64,000 nt of DNA from Vicugna vicugna (taxonomy: Eukaryota), in assembly GCA_013265495.1 (NCBI GenBank), contig MU062417.1:4712001-4776000 (forward strand), written 5' to 3'. Below are positions 1-12,479 of this stretch, piece by piece. The translations under genes were made by a program, and so were the position numbers. Each line of letters starts with the position of its first letter. Within the stretch, counting starts at the first letter, position 1. The notes beneath the pieces were generated by a model. It worked only from the letters and a program-made list of their open reading frames with translations. It made no database searches and had not been told where the DNA came from.

Positions 1-310
1 TTGACATGTGTTTAGCCTAACAAGACTCATAGCCCCAGGAGATAGCCCCTCTCGCAATACCCTAGGGGACAGGCCTCACATCCTGCCCTTATCAAAGTCA
101 CAAATCCTATTGTTCAGAGAAGTCCCTGACAGATCTTACAGCCCCTGCTCCTTGAGTATGTGCCCACCCCCAGGGCTCATGCAGGCTCCTTGCCCTTGTG
201 GCTCCTTGTAGCCTACAGCAGCATGCCTATTAAACTTCCCTAAGCTCTTCTCGGTCTCAGCTAATTCTTTACCAACCCTTGTTACCGGCCCACCATGCCA
301 CGTGCCCACA
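1..310 (+). mobile_element. ERV-A 5' LTR (truncated by window start)
   Basis: Homologous to 5728-6083 (both begin ttgacRtgtgtttagcYtaacaagactcat). ATTAAA at 229-234, ends in CA at 309-310, and is followed directly by a PBS. Confidence 0.85.
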
Positions 311-312
311 TT

Positions 313-330
313 TGGTGGCCCGTACGTGGC
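313..330 (+). other. Primer binding site for tRNA-Ile(AAT)
   Basis: TGGTGGCCCGTACGTGGC matches 16/18 of TGGTGGCCCGTACGGGGA, the complement of the mammalian tRNA-Ile(AAT) 3' end plus CCA. It starts 3 nt after the LTR end. Confidence 0.8.
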
Positions 331-2569
331 TTCCCTTTTCCCTCTCTGCTGTCCTTTCCTCTCTCATACCTTCCTGCTCCTTAGCATTTGGGAATTCCCT
401 GGAATCTTGCTGAGGATTAAGGAACCCTGGCTAGGCTGCTCCCAGTGGGCTGACGCTCAGTCTGACAGAGGAGAGTGACCCTTGGCCATTTGTTGGATGC
501 ACGTGGGAAAAGTGCCTTTTCTTTTCTAATATCTCTACTACATAACCTGGCTCTGGGTCAGAGGGGACTTCACATCTGGCCCTGAGGAAGGCACACAGAA
601 AAACTGGTCATCCGGTGCCTCTAGGCACCCAGGACCCTGTCTCCAGGTTGGCCCCAGACACAGAATAGGGTCAGGCAGGTGCATCAGGGAGAAGCGCTGA
701 GAAGCCCCGCCCACAGACAGTGCACTCCCACCCACCCAATCCACACGCTCCTTCTCCTGCTCGCTGTGGCCTCCATTTCTGAGCCTAAATGCCTGGCTCT
801 GCTCCCGAGCCTCCTCGCGCACCATGACGGTGACCGGGACCGAGCCTCCGCTCCTGCACCAGGTACTAATCTTTGGTGGGTAAGTTCCTTCAAGACCTTT
901 TCTTTACTTTTCTTTTTTGGCCCTCCCTGCCGCCTTTTCGGCCCTCGTGCTGGTTTAGCCTTTGTGCTGGGACAGAACTTGGTCTCTCTGGGGCGGGGGA
1001 CGCCCCCCGAGTCTGACTGCCCCTCTGGGGCCGCTTTCTGACTGTTTCTCTCAGCGGGTGTTTTACCCCTTCCCGGGGCATATGTGATTGCCCCAAACGA
1101 GCTCTTTCCTCTCTTTCTCCCTTTTACTCCCTGAGACTCACCCCTTGGTTGTATTTTTTTTTAAACTGGCCTAAGTTCAACCCCTAGTCAGTAAAAAAAA
1201 AAAAAAAAAAAAAAAAATGCAGCTTGTCTTTCTCTGTAACACCACCTGGCCACAATGCCAACTCCCAGATCAGAAGGCTTGGCCCTTTAACTAAACTCTG
1301 CCCTTACGGCTCTCAGAATTTAGGGTTTGTACTAGTCAGTCTGTGATGGATGGGCATGTGTGTGCTTTCTACTTTGTGTTCTCTTTCGTGATGTGTGATC
1401 ATCATTCTGCTTTAGGAAATGGGGAATTCTGGTTCTGTACCCCCGGAGCCCTCTGGAAAAATTCTGTCCAACTGGGCCTTAAAATGCAAATGTAGCTTGC
1501 TGTGCCTGAGACTTCAGCCTTGAGTTAATAATTAGCAAAACCTCAAACCAAAGGGAAAAAAACTGGTAAAAAAAAAAAAAAAAGCCCTTTAAAAACTCCA
1601 GTGGGAAAACTAGGAGATCTCTTGTCTCTATCGGAATGTATGTCTGTGTACACATATGAGATGTCTCTATCTTTAAAAATGTTATCAAAATTTAATTGAC
1701 TTAAAAGCACTTACAAACTAAGTATTTCTAAAAAGCTAAACAAAGTAACTTTCAGGTTCACATGAACTCGATAATATTCAGTATTAAATTAACACTTGGA
1801 ATTAAAGTTCGCTAATTTAATAGCTACACGTCTTTAGAGTCATCAGTGTTAAGCATAATACTTCTGTTGTACCAAGGCTTTAAAGTCAAAATCTTGTAAT
1901 ATGTTACAAATTTGTCAACAAAAAATAACTTGGCAAAATAAAATTCTTATAAGTAAATTAAATACAAATGAGATAAGATACTAAAACACTAATTACTAAA
2001 CATTGGCTTCCGCTGCAGAGAAACAAAAGGTATTTAAAACCATTAATGTTTGGTGCCACCTTGAAATGTTCTCTATAAAAAAAGCACACGGTCTTTAAAA
2101 ATTGTTGGTATTTGTTTGCTAATCTTTAAAATGCTAATGTAAGACAGTTTATAATTACCCAGTTTTCACTAGAAATTATGGCTTTCAAGGGTTAAAATTA
2201 CATAAAAAATTTTTTAAAGTTTCCTTAAAACATTAATTTGCTTTTGGTTACAAATTATAAATTTTTTTGCCTCTTAAGTAATCTGTTCTGTATTTGCCTT
2301 TAAAATATTTTGTTATTTTGGTTTAATGAATAAGTATTGTTTCACAGTGACCTATGATTTTATCTGGACCAGGTATTTTAAAACTTTTAACAAGCTTCCC
2401 ACATATCTAATTATAATAAAGTTCTTTTGACCCATCCCAACTTTGGGATGCATCAGAGGATCCCTGAAACATTCCAAAGAAAATAGTAAGCTAATTAGGT
2501 TCATCTGATGCGTCAAATTACATGGGAAGTATTGCCAACTAAATAATAAATCTTCTTAGGTTATATTTA

Positions 2570-3585
2570 CAAATGATTCAACTGACAAAGGCTTAATTTC
2601 TAGAATATATAAACAGCTCATACCATTTAATAACAAAAAACCTAAACCAAAAATGGGCAGGAGNNNNNNNNNNNNNNNNNNNNNNNNNNNNNNNNNNNNN
2701 NNNNNNNNNNNNNNNNNNNNNNNNNNNNNNNNNNNNNNNNNNNNNNNNNNNNNNNNNNNNNNNNNNNNNNNNNNNNNNNNNNNNNNNNNNNNNNNNNNNN
2801 NNNNNNNNNNNNNNNNNNNNACAATAAATGCTGGAGAGGGTGTGGAGAAAAGGGAACCCTCCAACACTGTTGGTGGGAATGTAGTTTGCTGCAGCCATTA
2901 TGGAAATCAGTATGAAGTTTCCTAAAAAAACTAAAAATAGACTTCCCATATGATCCAGTAATCCCACTCTTGGGCATATATCTGGAGGGAACTCTAATTC
3001 AAAANNNNNNNNNNNNNNNNNNNNNNNNNNNNNNNNNNNNNNNNNNNNNNNNNNNNNNNNNNNNNNNNNNNNNNNNNNNNNNNNNNNNNNNNNNNNNNNN
3101 NNNNNNNNNNNNNNNNNNNNNNNNNNNNNNNNNNNNNNNNNNNNNNNNNNNNNNNNNNNNNNNNNNNNNNNNNNNNNNNNNNNNNNNNNNNNNNNNNNNN
3201 NNNGTGAAGTGAGCCAGAAAGATAAAGAAAAATACCATATGATATCACTCATATGTGGAATCTTAGGGGGGAAAAAAAAGGATACTATGAACTCATCTAC
3301 AAAACAAACAGACTCACAGACACAGTAAACAGTCTTATGGTTACCAGGGAAAGGGGGTGGGAAGGAATAAATCTGGGAGTTTGAGATTTACAACTGTTAG
3401 CCACTATGTATAAAAACAAATCTTTAAAAACATTTCTTCTGTATAGCACAGGGAACTATATTCAATATCTTACAATGACCTTTAATGAAAAAGAATATGA
3501 AAATGAATATATGTATTTTATGCGTGACTGGGACATTGTACTGTACACCAGAGACTGACACATTGTAACTGGCCGTATTTCAGTA
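2570..3585 (+). mobile_element. 5'-truncated L1 (ORF2 end plus 3' UTR) nested in ERV-A
   Basis: L1 hallmarks: aataaatgctggagagggtgtggagaaaagggaaccctcc, gatccagtaatcccactcttgggcatatatc, gcacagggaactatattcaatatc, ctgtacaccagagactgacacattgtaactg. Interrupted by N runs 2664-2820 and 3005-3203. Confidence 0.9.
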
Positions 3586-5592
3586 AGTAATCTGCATAGC
3601 TTAAATTGTATGGAAAAATTATATAAAATTTCTAAAAATCTGGTATATATAAATATTACCAGTCATAATTCTGATTATTGTAACCATATTTCTTTATCAA
3701 TTACAATGTAACCAGGTGTTTAACCATGCTTAAGTCTTATCATTCATGAACGGTTGTGGTTTTACTGTGATGTTTACTTTAAAAATGTTTTCTCTTTAAA
3801 AGGTTTTTTTTAAAAAAGACTTATTTGACAAGTACAGGTTTCTGATAACTTTTAAATCATACTGCTAACCTGGGTAAAAAATAAAAGTGATAAAAACTCT
3901 GATTATGTAAAACTGCTAATGAAAAGGATTAGTTACATGGGACTCATAAACTGATAGAAATTTTAAAAATCATAATTATAATGATTTTGGTTTTGTCAGT
4001 TAGTCTTAATTTGGCTATACTGATAAAACAGAAGTAATTATAGAGGAAAGACTGTTTTAGTGGATATTAAATTCTAGTTGTTAATTGAGGTCTGTATTTT
4101 CTAAGACTTCACTCTTCAGACCATTCCCTGCCCTTAGGTTATAAGGAAAGAGAGGAGGCACAGCCAACAAAGAACTGTCCTGCCCCTGGGGATTGTTACA
4201 AAGTTTAATTAACTTATTTTTAAAAAGCTCAGGAATCTAAATGTATTTCATAATCTTACACAGAGTTAAAGTTAATCCAGTTGTTAGGTTAATGGCCAAT
4301 TACCTATATCCAGGCCTTCTGGGTTATCTTAATGGATTTCTCCACTCTATGGGTCTAACGGGTAGGCCCTTAGGAAATTCATTCTAGAAAAAGTATAGTT
4401 CTGTTCAGGCCCCTAGTGATATGACTAGGTGGGATTTCCTCACCTTGCCAATTAATACCTGCTCCAATCCTGGCCATAAATACACATTTTTTTCTAAAGT
4501 TACTCAAGCTCAATCAGAGCAGCAGGTGACAATTTAAAGCAGTTAACCAGATACACAGTTCTGTAGGAGAGCTGTGATTATACTAGTGTAACTAGAGCTG
4601 GGAAGAAGCAGCTTTTCCTAAACCGTAAGACTAGCAAGACAGGTGGTCCAGAGACCTTTTGCTCACTGTCAACAGGGCCTAGTCCCATAATAGCACACTG
4701 AGTGGCTGATCAAGGAAATCCTTGCCCGACCTAGCAATGAGTATTCCTAGCACCGTGGGACAAAATGGTCATAAAATGCCTCCCCAAGCCATGGTCAAAA
4801 TTTGCGATCATGTGGGGACCTGCCAACTAAAATTGGCACTTTTGCAAATTGGCATCTACCTCTACAAGGATTAAGTCACAGGCCACCGCAGTCACTGACC
4901 TTCCGTACACGCCGGAAGCAGCCCAGGGTGGAAATCAGAAATAGGCACTCTGTGCTCTGGGGAAGACTGGCAAAACAGAAACCACATGTCTCTGAACATC
5001 CTCACAGCCTCCCAGGGAGACACTGCACAGCTGCATGTACTGACACACAGTTACACGTACTAAGTACTACACTTAGGTATTAGTTACGAATGTCAACGCT
5101 TACAGCAAAGAGCTTAACAAACAGGTTTCTAACTCGTTCTCTCGTTTTCCTTTTTTCTTGGATTCAGAGGGAATAAGATCCTTTTTCACAGGCATTTTAA
5201 ATTTCTCCTCTCCTTCCTTTCATTGGGATTGGCCATTTACCTTGGTATACGTTTATTTTATGTTGCATTCTTATCTTACAAAAATGATTGTCTCTCTCAT
5301 TGAGGTCCAAGCCCCAAAGAAAAAAACCAGACGTCCCCTGCCAGCCACATACACCATGGCTCTTACCAGCGTGATGGGAGTACAGCCCTTGGGTATGGGA
5401 AGGGGTTACTCGCGGGCTGCCCCTCAGGCAGTCGGATTCCTGGGCAGCACCGGTTGGGCCCCATACCCCGGACAGACTGGCACCATAGGTAGGCGCAAAG
5501 CGACCTCATGTCCCACAGGAAGTAGTTCCAGAAGGAAAGAGACCTTCGCCCATGGTCCAAAGATCTGTCACTGCCAATCTGTCAGGGGGCAG

Positions 5593-6083
5593 TGTGGAGC
5601 CAGCTGGCACTCTCTGGAGTCATAAAACCCCCACCCCTGGGCTCTCTGTTTCTGGAGCCATTGACACCTTAACCCCCACGCCCCTCTGCATACCTGCATT
5701 GCTGCAAGATATAAAACATCTTCTCTTGACGTGTGTTTAGCTTAACAAGACTCATCGCCCCAGGAGACAGCCCGCTCACAATACCCTAGGTTGACTGGCC
5801 TCACATCTTGCCCTTAAAACCTACTGTTCAGAGGAGTCCCTGACAGATCTTACCACCAACCAGGTACCTGTGCACAAATAGATCATGCAGCCCCTGCGCA
5901 AGTCCCCCCCCCAAAAAGACCCTGCACGCCCACCCCTGGGGCTCACACGGGCACCTCTCACCTGTGTGGCCCGCTATCGCTTACAGCAGCGTTCCTATTA
6001 CACTTTCCTAAGCTCTGCTCTGTCTCTGCTAATTCTTTTGCTAAAGAACCCATGTGTCACTGTCACCGTGTTGTGTGCCAACA
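5593..6083 (+). mobile_element. ERV-A 3' LTR
   Basis: TG...CA termini after the purine tract; TATAAAA at 5710-5716; homologous to 1-310. Confidence 0.8.
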
Positions 6084-6490
6084 ACAGGCTACATACTTTG
6101 TGATTCCAACTACCTGGCATTCTGGAAAAGGCAAAACTATGGAGACAATTACAGGATCAGTGGTTGCCAGGGGCCAGGAGGGGACATAGGTGACTAGGTA
6201 GAGTGCAGAGGGTTTCTAGAGCAGTGCAAACACCTTTATATACTGCGGTGGTGGACACATGTCATTACACATTCATCAACCCACAGAATGTACAAAAGAA
6301 ACTCTGGACTTGGGTGATTTTGACATGTTAACATAGATTCATCAGTTGTAATGTATGTACCACTCTGGTAGGGGTGCAGAAGATGGGGGAGGCTGTGTCT
6401 GTGTGGGGATGGGGTATATGAGAATCTGTACTTTCTGTTCAGTTTGCTGTGAAACCAAAACTGCTCTAAAAAGTAAGTATTTTTTAAAAG
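6084..6490 (+). mobile_element. Old L1M (L1MB/L1MC-like) 3' end; ERV-A is inserted into it
   Basis: ggctacatac..tgattccaacta..ggcattctggaaaaggcaaaactatggagaca ... gaatctgtactttctgttcagtttgctgtgaaaccaaaactgctctaaaaa is the classic old L1M terminus. Confidence 0.8.
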
Positions 6491-6656
6491 AAAGAAGGAC
6501 AGAAACTATCTACAAGCAAAATATATACATAGACACTTTCCCCTTTGGTCGAGAGAAGAGACAGAGATGCACACGAAGAAACATTAAAAGTGGTTAATTT
6601 TGACCCGGCTCCTTTGACTTCAAAGTGAATAGTGTAAACAGATTAAAAGAATCCTG

Positions 6657-6959
6657 CACAAATGAACTTATTCACAAAACAGAAACAGACTCACAGACAC
6701 AGAAAACAACCTTATGGTTACCAAAGGGGAAAGGAGGGAGGGATAAATTGGGAGTATGGGATTAGCAGATACAAACTACTATATTCAGAATAGACAAACA
6801 AGGTCCTACTGTACAGTACAGGGAACTATATTCAATAGCTTGTAATAACCAATAATGAAAAATAATATGAAAAAGTGTATTTATGTGTAACTGAATCACT
6901 ATGCTATACAACAGAAACTAACACAACATTGTAAATCAATTATACTTCAAATAAAAGAA
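6657..6959 (+). mobile_element. Short L1 3' end with 12-bp target-site duplication
   Basis: L1 3' UTR text ending cttcaaataaaagaaa; AAAAGAATCCTG occurs at 6645-6656 and 6960-6971. Confidence 0.9.
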
Positions 6960-6988
6960 AAAAGAATCCTGTTATTTTTAATTAGTTT

Positions 6989-7426
6989 TGTTACTGAAAG
7001 CAACCTTCATGTGCCTGATGCACAGTGAGGCCAAACTAAAACATCGGAGTTAGGAGCAGTGCAAGGTTTATTGTAGGGCCAGGCAAGGAGAACAGGTGGC
7101 TCGTGTCCCAGGAACCCCCAAACTCCCGGAAGGGTTTCAGGTGAGCATTTTTAAAGATCACCTGAGGGAGGGGCCCAGGGTCTGTGATCAGCTGTGCACA
7201 ATTCTGATTGGTTGATGGTGATCAATCCTTAGGCAGGAGATGGGGGCTACATGCCATGATCATTAGATAGTTAATTTCTTCCTTTAGGTGGTGGTTTTTT
7301 AGCATCTGAAAAACTCAGGAAATCTGCATGAGATACTATTACCTGGGTCCTTCAGAGAGGAGCCACAGCAGAGGTTATGGGGGAGGGGTTTGCCCCAGGG
7401 GCCCCATAAGGTCCTGCTTGGCTTCA
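6989..7426 (-). mobile_element. ERV-B 3' LTR
   Basis: tgttactg...cttca; colinear with 11708-12142; adjacent to the PPT. Confidence 0.88.
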
Positions 7427-10400
7427 GTTCCCCCCCCCCTTTTCTTTGATACTCCTCAATCTTGAGAACAGGTTGGACAAGAAGGGAGATAGTATTTGGA
7501 CAGAGAGGTTCATCATAATCTCAGCAGAGGAACTCGGTTTCAGTCTCCAATCCTGTTTCATCCTTCCCCAAATCTTTCAGGAAATGGGGTGACAACTGCT
7601 CTGGGTACTCCCTGCTGAAATGGGGTGGAGTCCCACCTGGATTTGGGGAATGGACACTGAGTTGAAAATACTTCCAAGTCCCAAGTCCTGGATCAGAGTC
7701 TGGTATGATTAAAACCTCATTCCCTGAGGAATTCAGGAGACTGAGCGTGAAAACCAGTCTGGACCTGGCGTTTTGGGGAAACTTGCAGCCAGGAAGCCAG
7801 TTGTCTACTTTCATCTAAGTAGGTTTTAACTTTTGATGTGGTGCTAATATATACATAACAAGAGCTATTGGCCATTACATGTCTCCTTTTTCCTACTCAC
7901 ATCTGATCTAAAGCAATTCTATTATCTAAAAATTTAATAGTTACATGAGACCTTGAGGTCATAAGGCTGCAGCAGACACTGCTTTGAGAATGGCTGGAGG
8001 TACCTCCAGTGTGACTGTCCAGAAAATTCGAGTTCTCAACAATACAGGAATGTGTCTGAAATCATGTCCATAATGGCCACCTAGTTTTACCTTGAATATC
8101 TAAACCACAGCTACTCCATTTTGACTTTCCAATGCATTCCCCTCCTCAGTGCCAAAGCAGAGGTATGGTGCATGTCCAAAAGGCCTCAAAACAGGCCATC
8201 ATGGTCAGTAAAGTTTAAGTCAAACCATAGAGAAGCCAGAATGACTTCCCCGTATCTCAATACGTGCAGATTTTCCCATCATTTCCCCTTTTGATTATAA
8301 ATCTTTTAATACAAAGCATACATGGTCCAAATACCTGTCCCTCAGCGCTGGGGGTGTGGCTCTTGCCCCACGTCCCTGGTGCTAGGTCTCCTTTATATTT
8401 GCCTGGTTATCCACATTGAGGGAAAAGTTATCAGTTATGGTAAACAGGCACAGAAGTATTAACGGGCAAACACCTCATAGGCCATACATTTTATCACTTA
8501 CACCCAATTGTTACACAAGTATTGTACATGTGCTTTTAGCAACAGACTTAAAGCAAGCAGTACTATACATCATGGTAGTTATACTCTGACAATCCCACTA
8601 GAGAATTCTCTTTCAATCCCAAACACTGGGGGCAATATTGATAGGGAGATAAACATTTGGTAAACAGTTCAATTAGAAAACATGCAAAAAAGTAAAGCCA
8701 GCAATATTTCAGACAAAACCAAAAGCACTATAACCACATTCATCAGTTCACTCAACCCCATGTAATCCCCCTTACCAACAGGTCCATGAAATCAGAGTTT
8801 ATTACTTTTAAAGTATTTTACCCAACTAAGCAGTATAATTTAAAAAGAAACCTGTACTTGTCACAAAGTCCTTTTTATGAATTTTCTTGAAGACGAAGCA
8901 GTCCTGCAAAGCCTCAGCTTAACTGTCTATGAATGACAAAAGACCCAAAAAGGCAAAGTAAAAGATCTGATTACAGTGTTTTTGACAAGGAAGCTTAAAC
9001 AGTCCAAGGTAACAACCAGAATCATGACTGACAGCATTATACCAGGACATAGCCAAGTTTCAGAAACTTCATATAATTTTTAGAATATATATTAATGACA
9101 TTTATCTGTACCATACAATCTGAGGAGGCTTATCACTCATTTAACAATGCTTCCCGTGTAATTCAGCACACCAACCAATCCCAGTTAGTGTAATATTTTT
9201 CTGAGACGTCTCAGGGGCCCTCTAAAGCATCTCAAAGCCAGCTACGTCAATTAGAACCTGACAGGAAGTTTGTCAAAAACATGAAAAAGTTTCACACAAA
9301 CCGTCATCAGAAGCATTCTGAATAGACTTGTTTTCTTAACAGAGGAACCAAATCCAGTCCCACACCAGCCCACTGTTAACAACCAAATCCATTTACCTAA
9401 TTAAGTTTAATCCGATAGCAGCCCAACCATGCACAGAACTCCTTTTTTAGGGCTCCCCTTATACAAACCTTCCACAACTTTCTGTATTCATAGTAGTTCG
9501 TCCCTTAATTTTTCACATCTAGAAACAACCAGCTGTAGGACCAAATCACTTTCTTTTACCTAACAAAATGCAATCCCATTCCTCGTACCTTTTGCCCAAA
9601 ACATATATCCTACTTTCCGGCATACCCAATGTTTCCTTTACTATTTCTAGTAGCCTTAACTACATATTTAAATTAGAATCCTCAACTCCTAAATATCTTC
9701 ACTTCCAGTGAATGCTTCAATCTTATTTTGCCTGAGAATGACCTAGCTATTCAACTATTCAGTAAAATTCCATCATCCCAACCCAGCACAACTCCAAAAT
9801 CTCAAGTCACCGAACATCCGGAGGGGAGACATTCTTTAATGTCTTACTTAAAGATACCTTTAAGTAAATAGTCCCAAAACACAGTCATTTCCAAGGAGTT
9901 CACCCAAAAGTTCTTATCTCACCGGTACTCAAGTCACCTGTAAGAATTTCATCATACCAAACTGATTTCTTTCTGCTAACAAACTCTGCAACAGAAACAT
10001 GAACTTACTGACCTAAACCTAGGCACAATAAAAGGTATGTCTGTATTGATTATACCAACAAGCTTAAACTAGCTTTAATACCAGATATCAAAGCAATATT
10101 GAATATTTCCTAGGTCACACAAGCCTGAAATTTGTTCCTTCTAGCTCCTTTTATACTTAGAAGTATTTAATTTGTAATCACTTACTTTTAAGCCAATTAA
10201 ACAGAGCTCATTCACAAGTCAATATTTTACATAACAAGAAACAACAGATCTCAAATTCTTCTGCTTGAGTTTAAAAAACTGTTTCCTTACGTGCCCAGGT
10301 AGATCATTTATACCTCAAATAAATGAAAATTCCTCCTCTAACTGCTTTTAAAAAACCCAACCACATTGGCTATTTTCAGAGATTTTTTTTTCCCCAAATA

Positions 10401-10481
10401 TATATCATTGACTCACATTCACATGGCTCACTTTCAGCAAAACCAGGGAGAGAGAAAAAGATTTAGACTCAGGTACCAAGA

Positions 10482-10548
10482 CAGACACAGACACAGACAC
10501 ACGCACACACACAGACACATGTACACACACAGACACGCACAGACACAC
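10482..10548. repeat. (CA)/(CACAGA)n microsatellite inside ERV-B
   Basis: cagacacagacacagacacacgcacacacacagacac... Confidence 0.9.
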
Positions 10549-11707
10549 CCCAAACAAGATAAAAGCCAAATTGCAAAAGGCCCACTGACATAATAGCAGA
10601 GCCATGAGGGGCCATTGTTCTCCAGATCTCAGGAGTATGGAGCCTACACGGTATCACAATAAATTTTCATTTATGGGAGCATAGTTGAAGATCTCTCAGT
10701 TTTGCAAAATATAACCTGGGGGACTAGATCAAGGTGGAAAACAGCCTTGATCATCCTTTCTTAATTATTCATGGCCGATGTTATCAAATATCAAACAAAC
10801 AACAATTCAAAAAGGTCTCCCAGGGTCACAGTTCCCTAGCCCTAAAAGAGATTCCCAACCAATGCCCCGTTGGTCCAAAAGGGAAGAACCCCAACCCGTG
10901 ACCCATCGGAGATGAAGCTGAGTGAGTGACCAAGGCTAGTTCCAACCAACACTCCACCACAGGTGAAGCCAATGCCCAGTGTCATCACACATGAGCCCCG
11001 TGACTCACCAAGGTCATCTCAACTAGTCAGTGCAAGTACTGACACACACACATACAACAAACAGCCCCACAAACACGAGGTGTAGCCCTAAAATTCCACT
11101 TCACTCCTGGACAGGGGCTTCCAGAGCCACCTGGCTCCCAAAAAAATGGACCCAGAGCGGCTCCCGTTGAGCCGGGAATGGCTCACTTGCCGGAAGGGAA
11201 GGAGCCCAGGTGGAGCGGGTGGAATTTCTCATCCTGCACAAGCCAAAGTGGCTCACCCCAAAACCACACACACACAAACACAAGTAAACAATGGTCGCAC
11301 AGTCAGGGGAGGTGTCTTCTAAAACTTCCACTTCCACTCCCAGACGGAGGCCTCCTAATAGAGAGGCCCAGCTCTTGGGACAGAACGGACCCAGAGTGGC
11401 CACCAAGGAGCCCAGAGCGGCTCCCTTCCCGGCAGGAACGAGCCCAGAAGGAGCGGAGAGAATTCCCAGCCGGCAGGGGCCCGAGCCACTCACCCCAGGC
11501 GACACCAAGTGTGGACGCAGCTCTCCTCAATGGTTCTTGGCTCCAACAGCCTCGGGCTGGGGCAGCCGTGCCCGCCGGTCAGGGAGAGTCTCTCCCTGTT
11601 CCCTGGGGCTCACTTTGCTCCGGCAGCTGCTGGGACCCAGGGAAGGTGCTGCCCCTGCTGGGGTCAACCCGCCACAGGCACAGACTTGGGGCTCGCTTCA
11701 CCCAAAC

Positions 11708-12142
11708 TGTTACTGACTGTCGTGTGCCTAACGGCACAGTGAGGCCAAACCAACCAAAGCTCCAGAGCTTGGAGCAGAGAAAGGTTTACTGCTGGGCGGA
11801 GCAAGGAGAACGCGTGACTCATGCTCACAAAGCCCCGAACTCCCTGAAGGGTTTCAGCTGAGCACTCTTAAGGGCCAGTTGAGGGAGAGGCCCAGGGTCT
11901 GTGATCAGCTGTGCACAATTCTCTAATTGGTTGACCGTGATCAGCCTTTAGGTGGGAGAAGGAAACTCTGTGCTCAAGATCATCAAGTAGTTAATTTCTT
12001 CCATTTGGTGGTGGTTTTCAGCATCTTAAAAACTCAGGAAACCTGCATGAGATACTATTATCTGGGTCCTTCAAAAAGGAGCCACAGCAGAGGGTATGGG
12101 GGAGTGGGTCTGTCCTGGAGGGCCCCGTCCTGCTCAGTTACA
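11708..12142 (-). mobile_element. ERV-B 5' LTR
   Basis: tgttactg...ttaca; shares long blocks with 6989-7426 such as gggtctgtgatcagctgtgcacaattct. On the minus strand it is followed by a degenerate TGG-starting PBS-like sequence (tgggtgaagcgagcc). Confidence 0.88.
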
Positions 12143-12479
12143 GTTTGAAACTGGAAAGGACAGATGGGAAAAGCAAACATTCTTTATGTTTCCCCCACCT
12201 TCAACTCGGAACCTAATCTTATAGACCTATGCTCCAAGTTTAGACCCAGAAGTATGAGGAAAAGAGAACAGTTGCCAGACAAGCTCTCCTCCCATGCATG
12301 CACTCAGTGTATTACATTGAAATACAGCTGATGTTTCCTTGCACGGCAGCAGGAACCAAGCCACAAGCGTGCAGTTTTATTCTCTATCTAAATATTCTTT
12401 AAAATAAGGCAGGACAGTGTATACCGAAAGAACTGAAAGCAGGAACTCTAACATATATTTATTAAAAAAAATTAAAAAA

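Larger units (their letters stand above)
1..6083 (+). mobile_element. ERV-A: decayed, non-autonomous ERV1-class (MER4-group-like) provirus
   Basis: Two LTRs, PBS, purine tract cagggggcag before TG at 5593, AT-rich non-coding interior, and typical ERV1 3' motif caggaagtagttccagaag near 5517. No long gag/pol ORF. Confidence 0.8.
6989..12142 (-). mobile_element. ERV-B: decayed, non-autonomous ERV1-class provirus
   Basis: Paired LTRs 6989-7426 and 11708-12142. Reverse-complement PPT (gttccccccccccttttctttg) follows 7426. 4-bp TSD GTTT at 6985-6988 and 12143-12146. Interior about 4.3 kb and non-coding. Confidence 0.88.

Noticed and set aside
2556-3252. ORFs containing long X runs
   Set aside because: Artefacts of translating N runs inside an L1. 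The same applies to the X-containing ORFs at 57958-58399.
5158-5625. 155-aa plus-strand ORF as an intact env or novel gene
   Set aside because: It starts at TTG, runs through the ERV 3' UTR into the LTR, and has no complete domain.
6084-6989. A gene between the two proviruses
   Set aside because: The interval is almost entirely explained by L1 fragments.
7123-7131. STAT/GAS site in the ERV-B LTR
   Set aside because: CTCCCGGAA misses TTCNNNGAA at the first base and is not kept in the other LTR.
11178-11861. 227-aa plus-strand ORF
   Set aside because: Antisense to the GC-rich leader and LTR of ERV-B; no recognisable domain.
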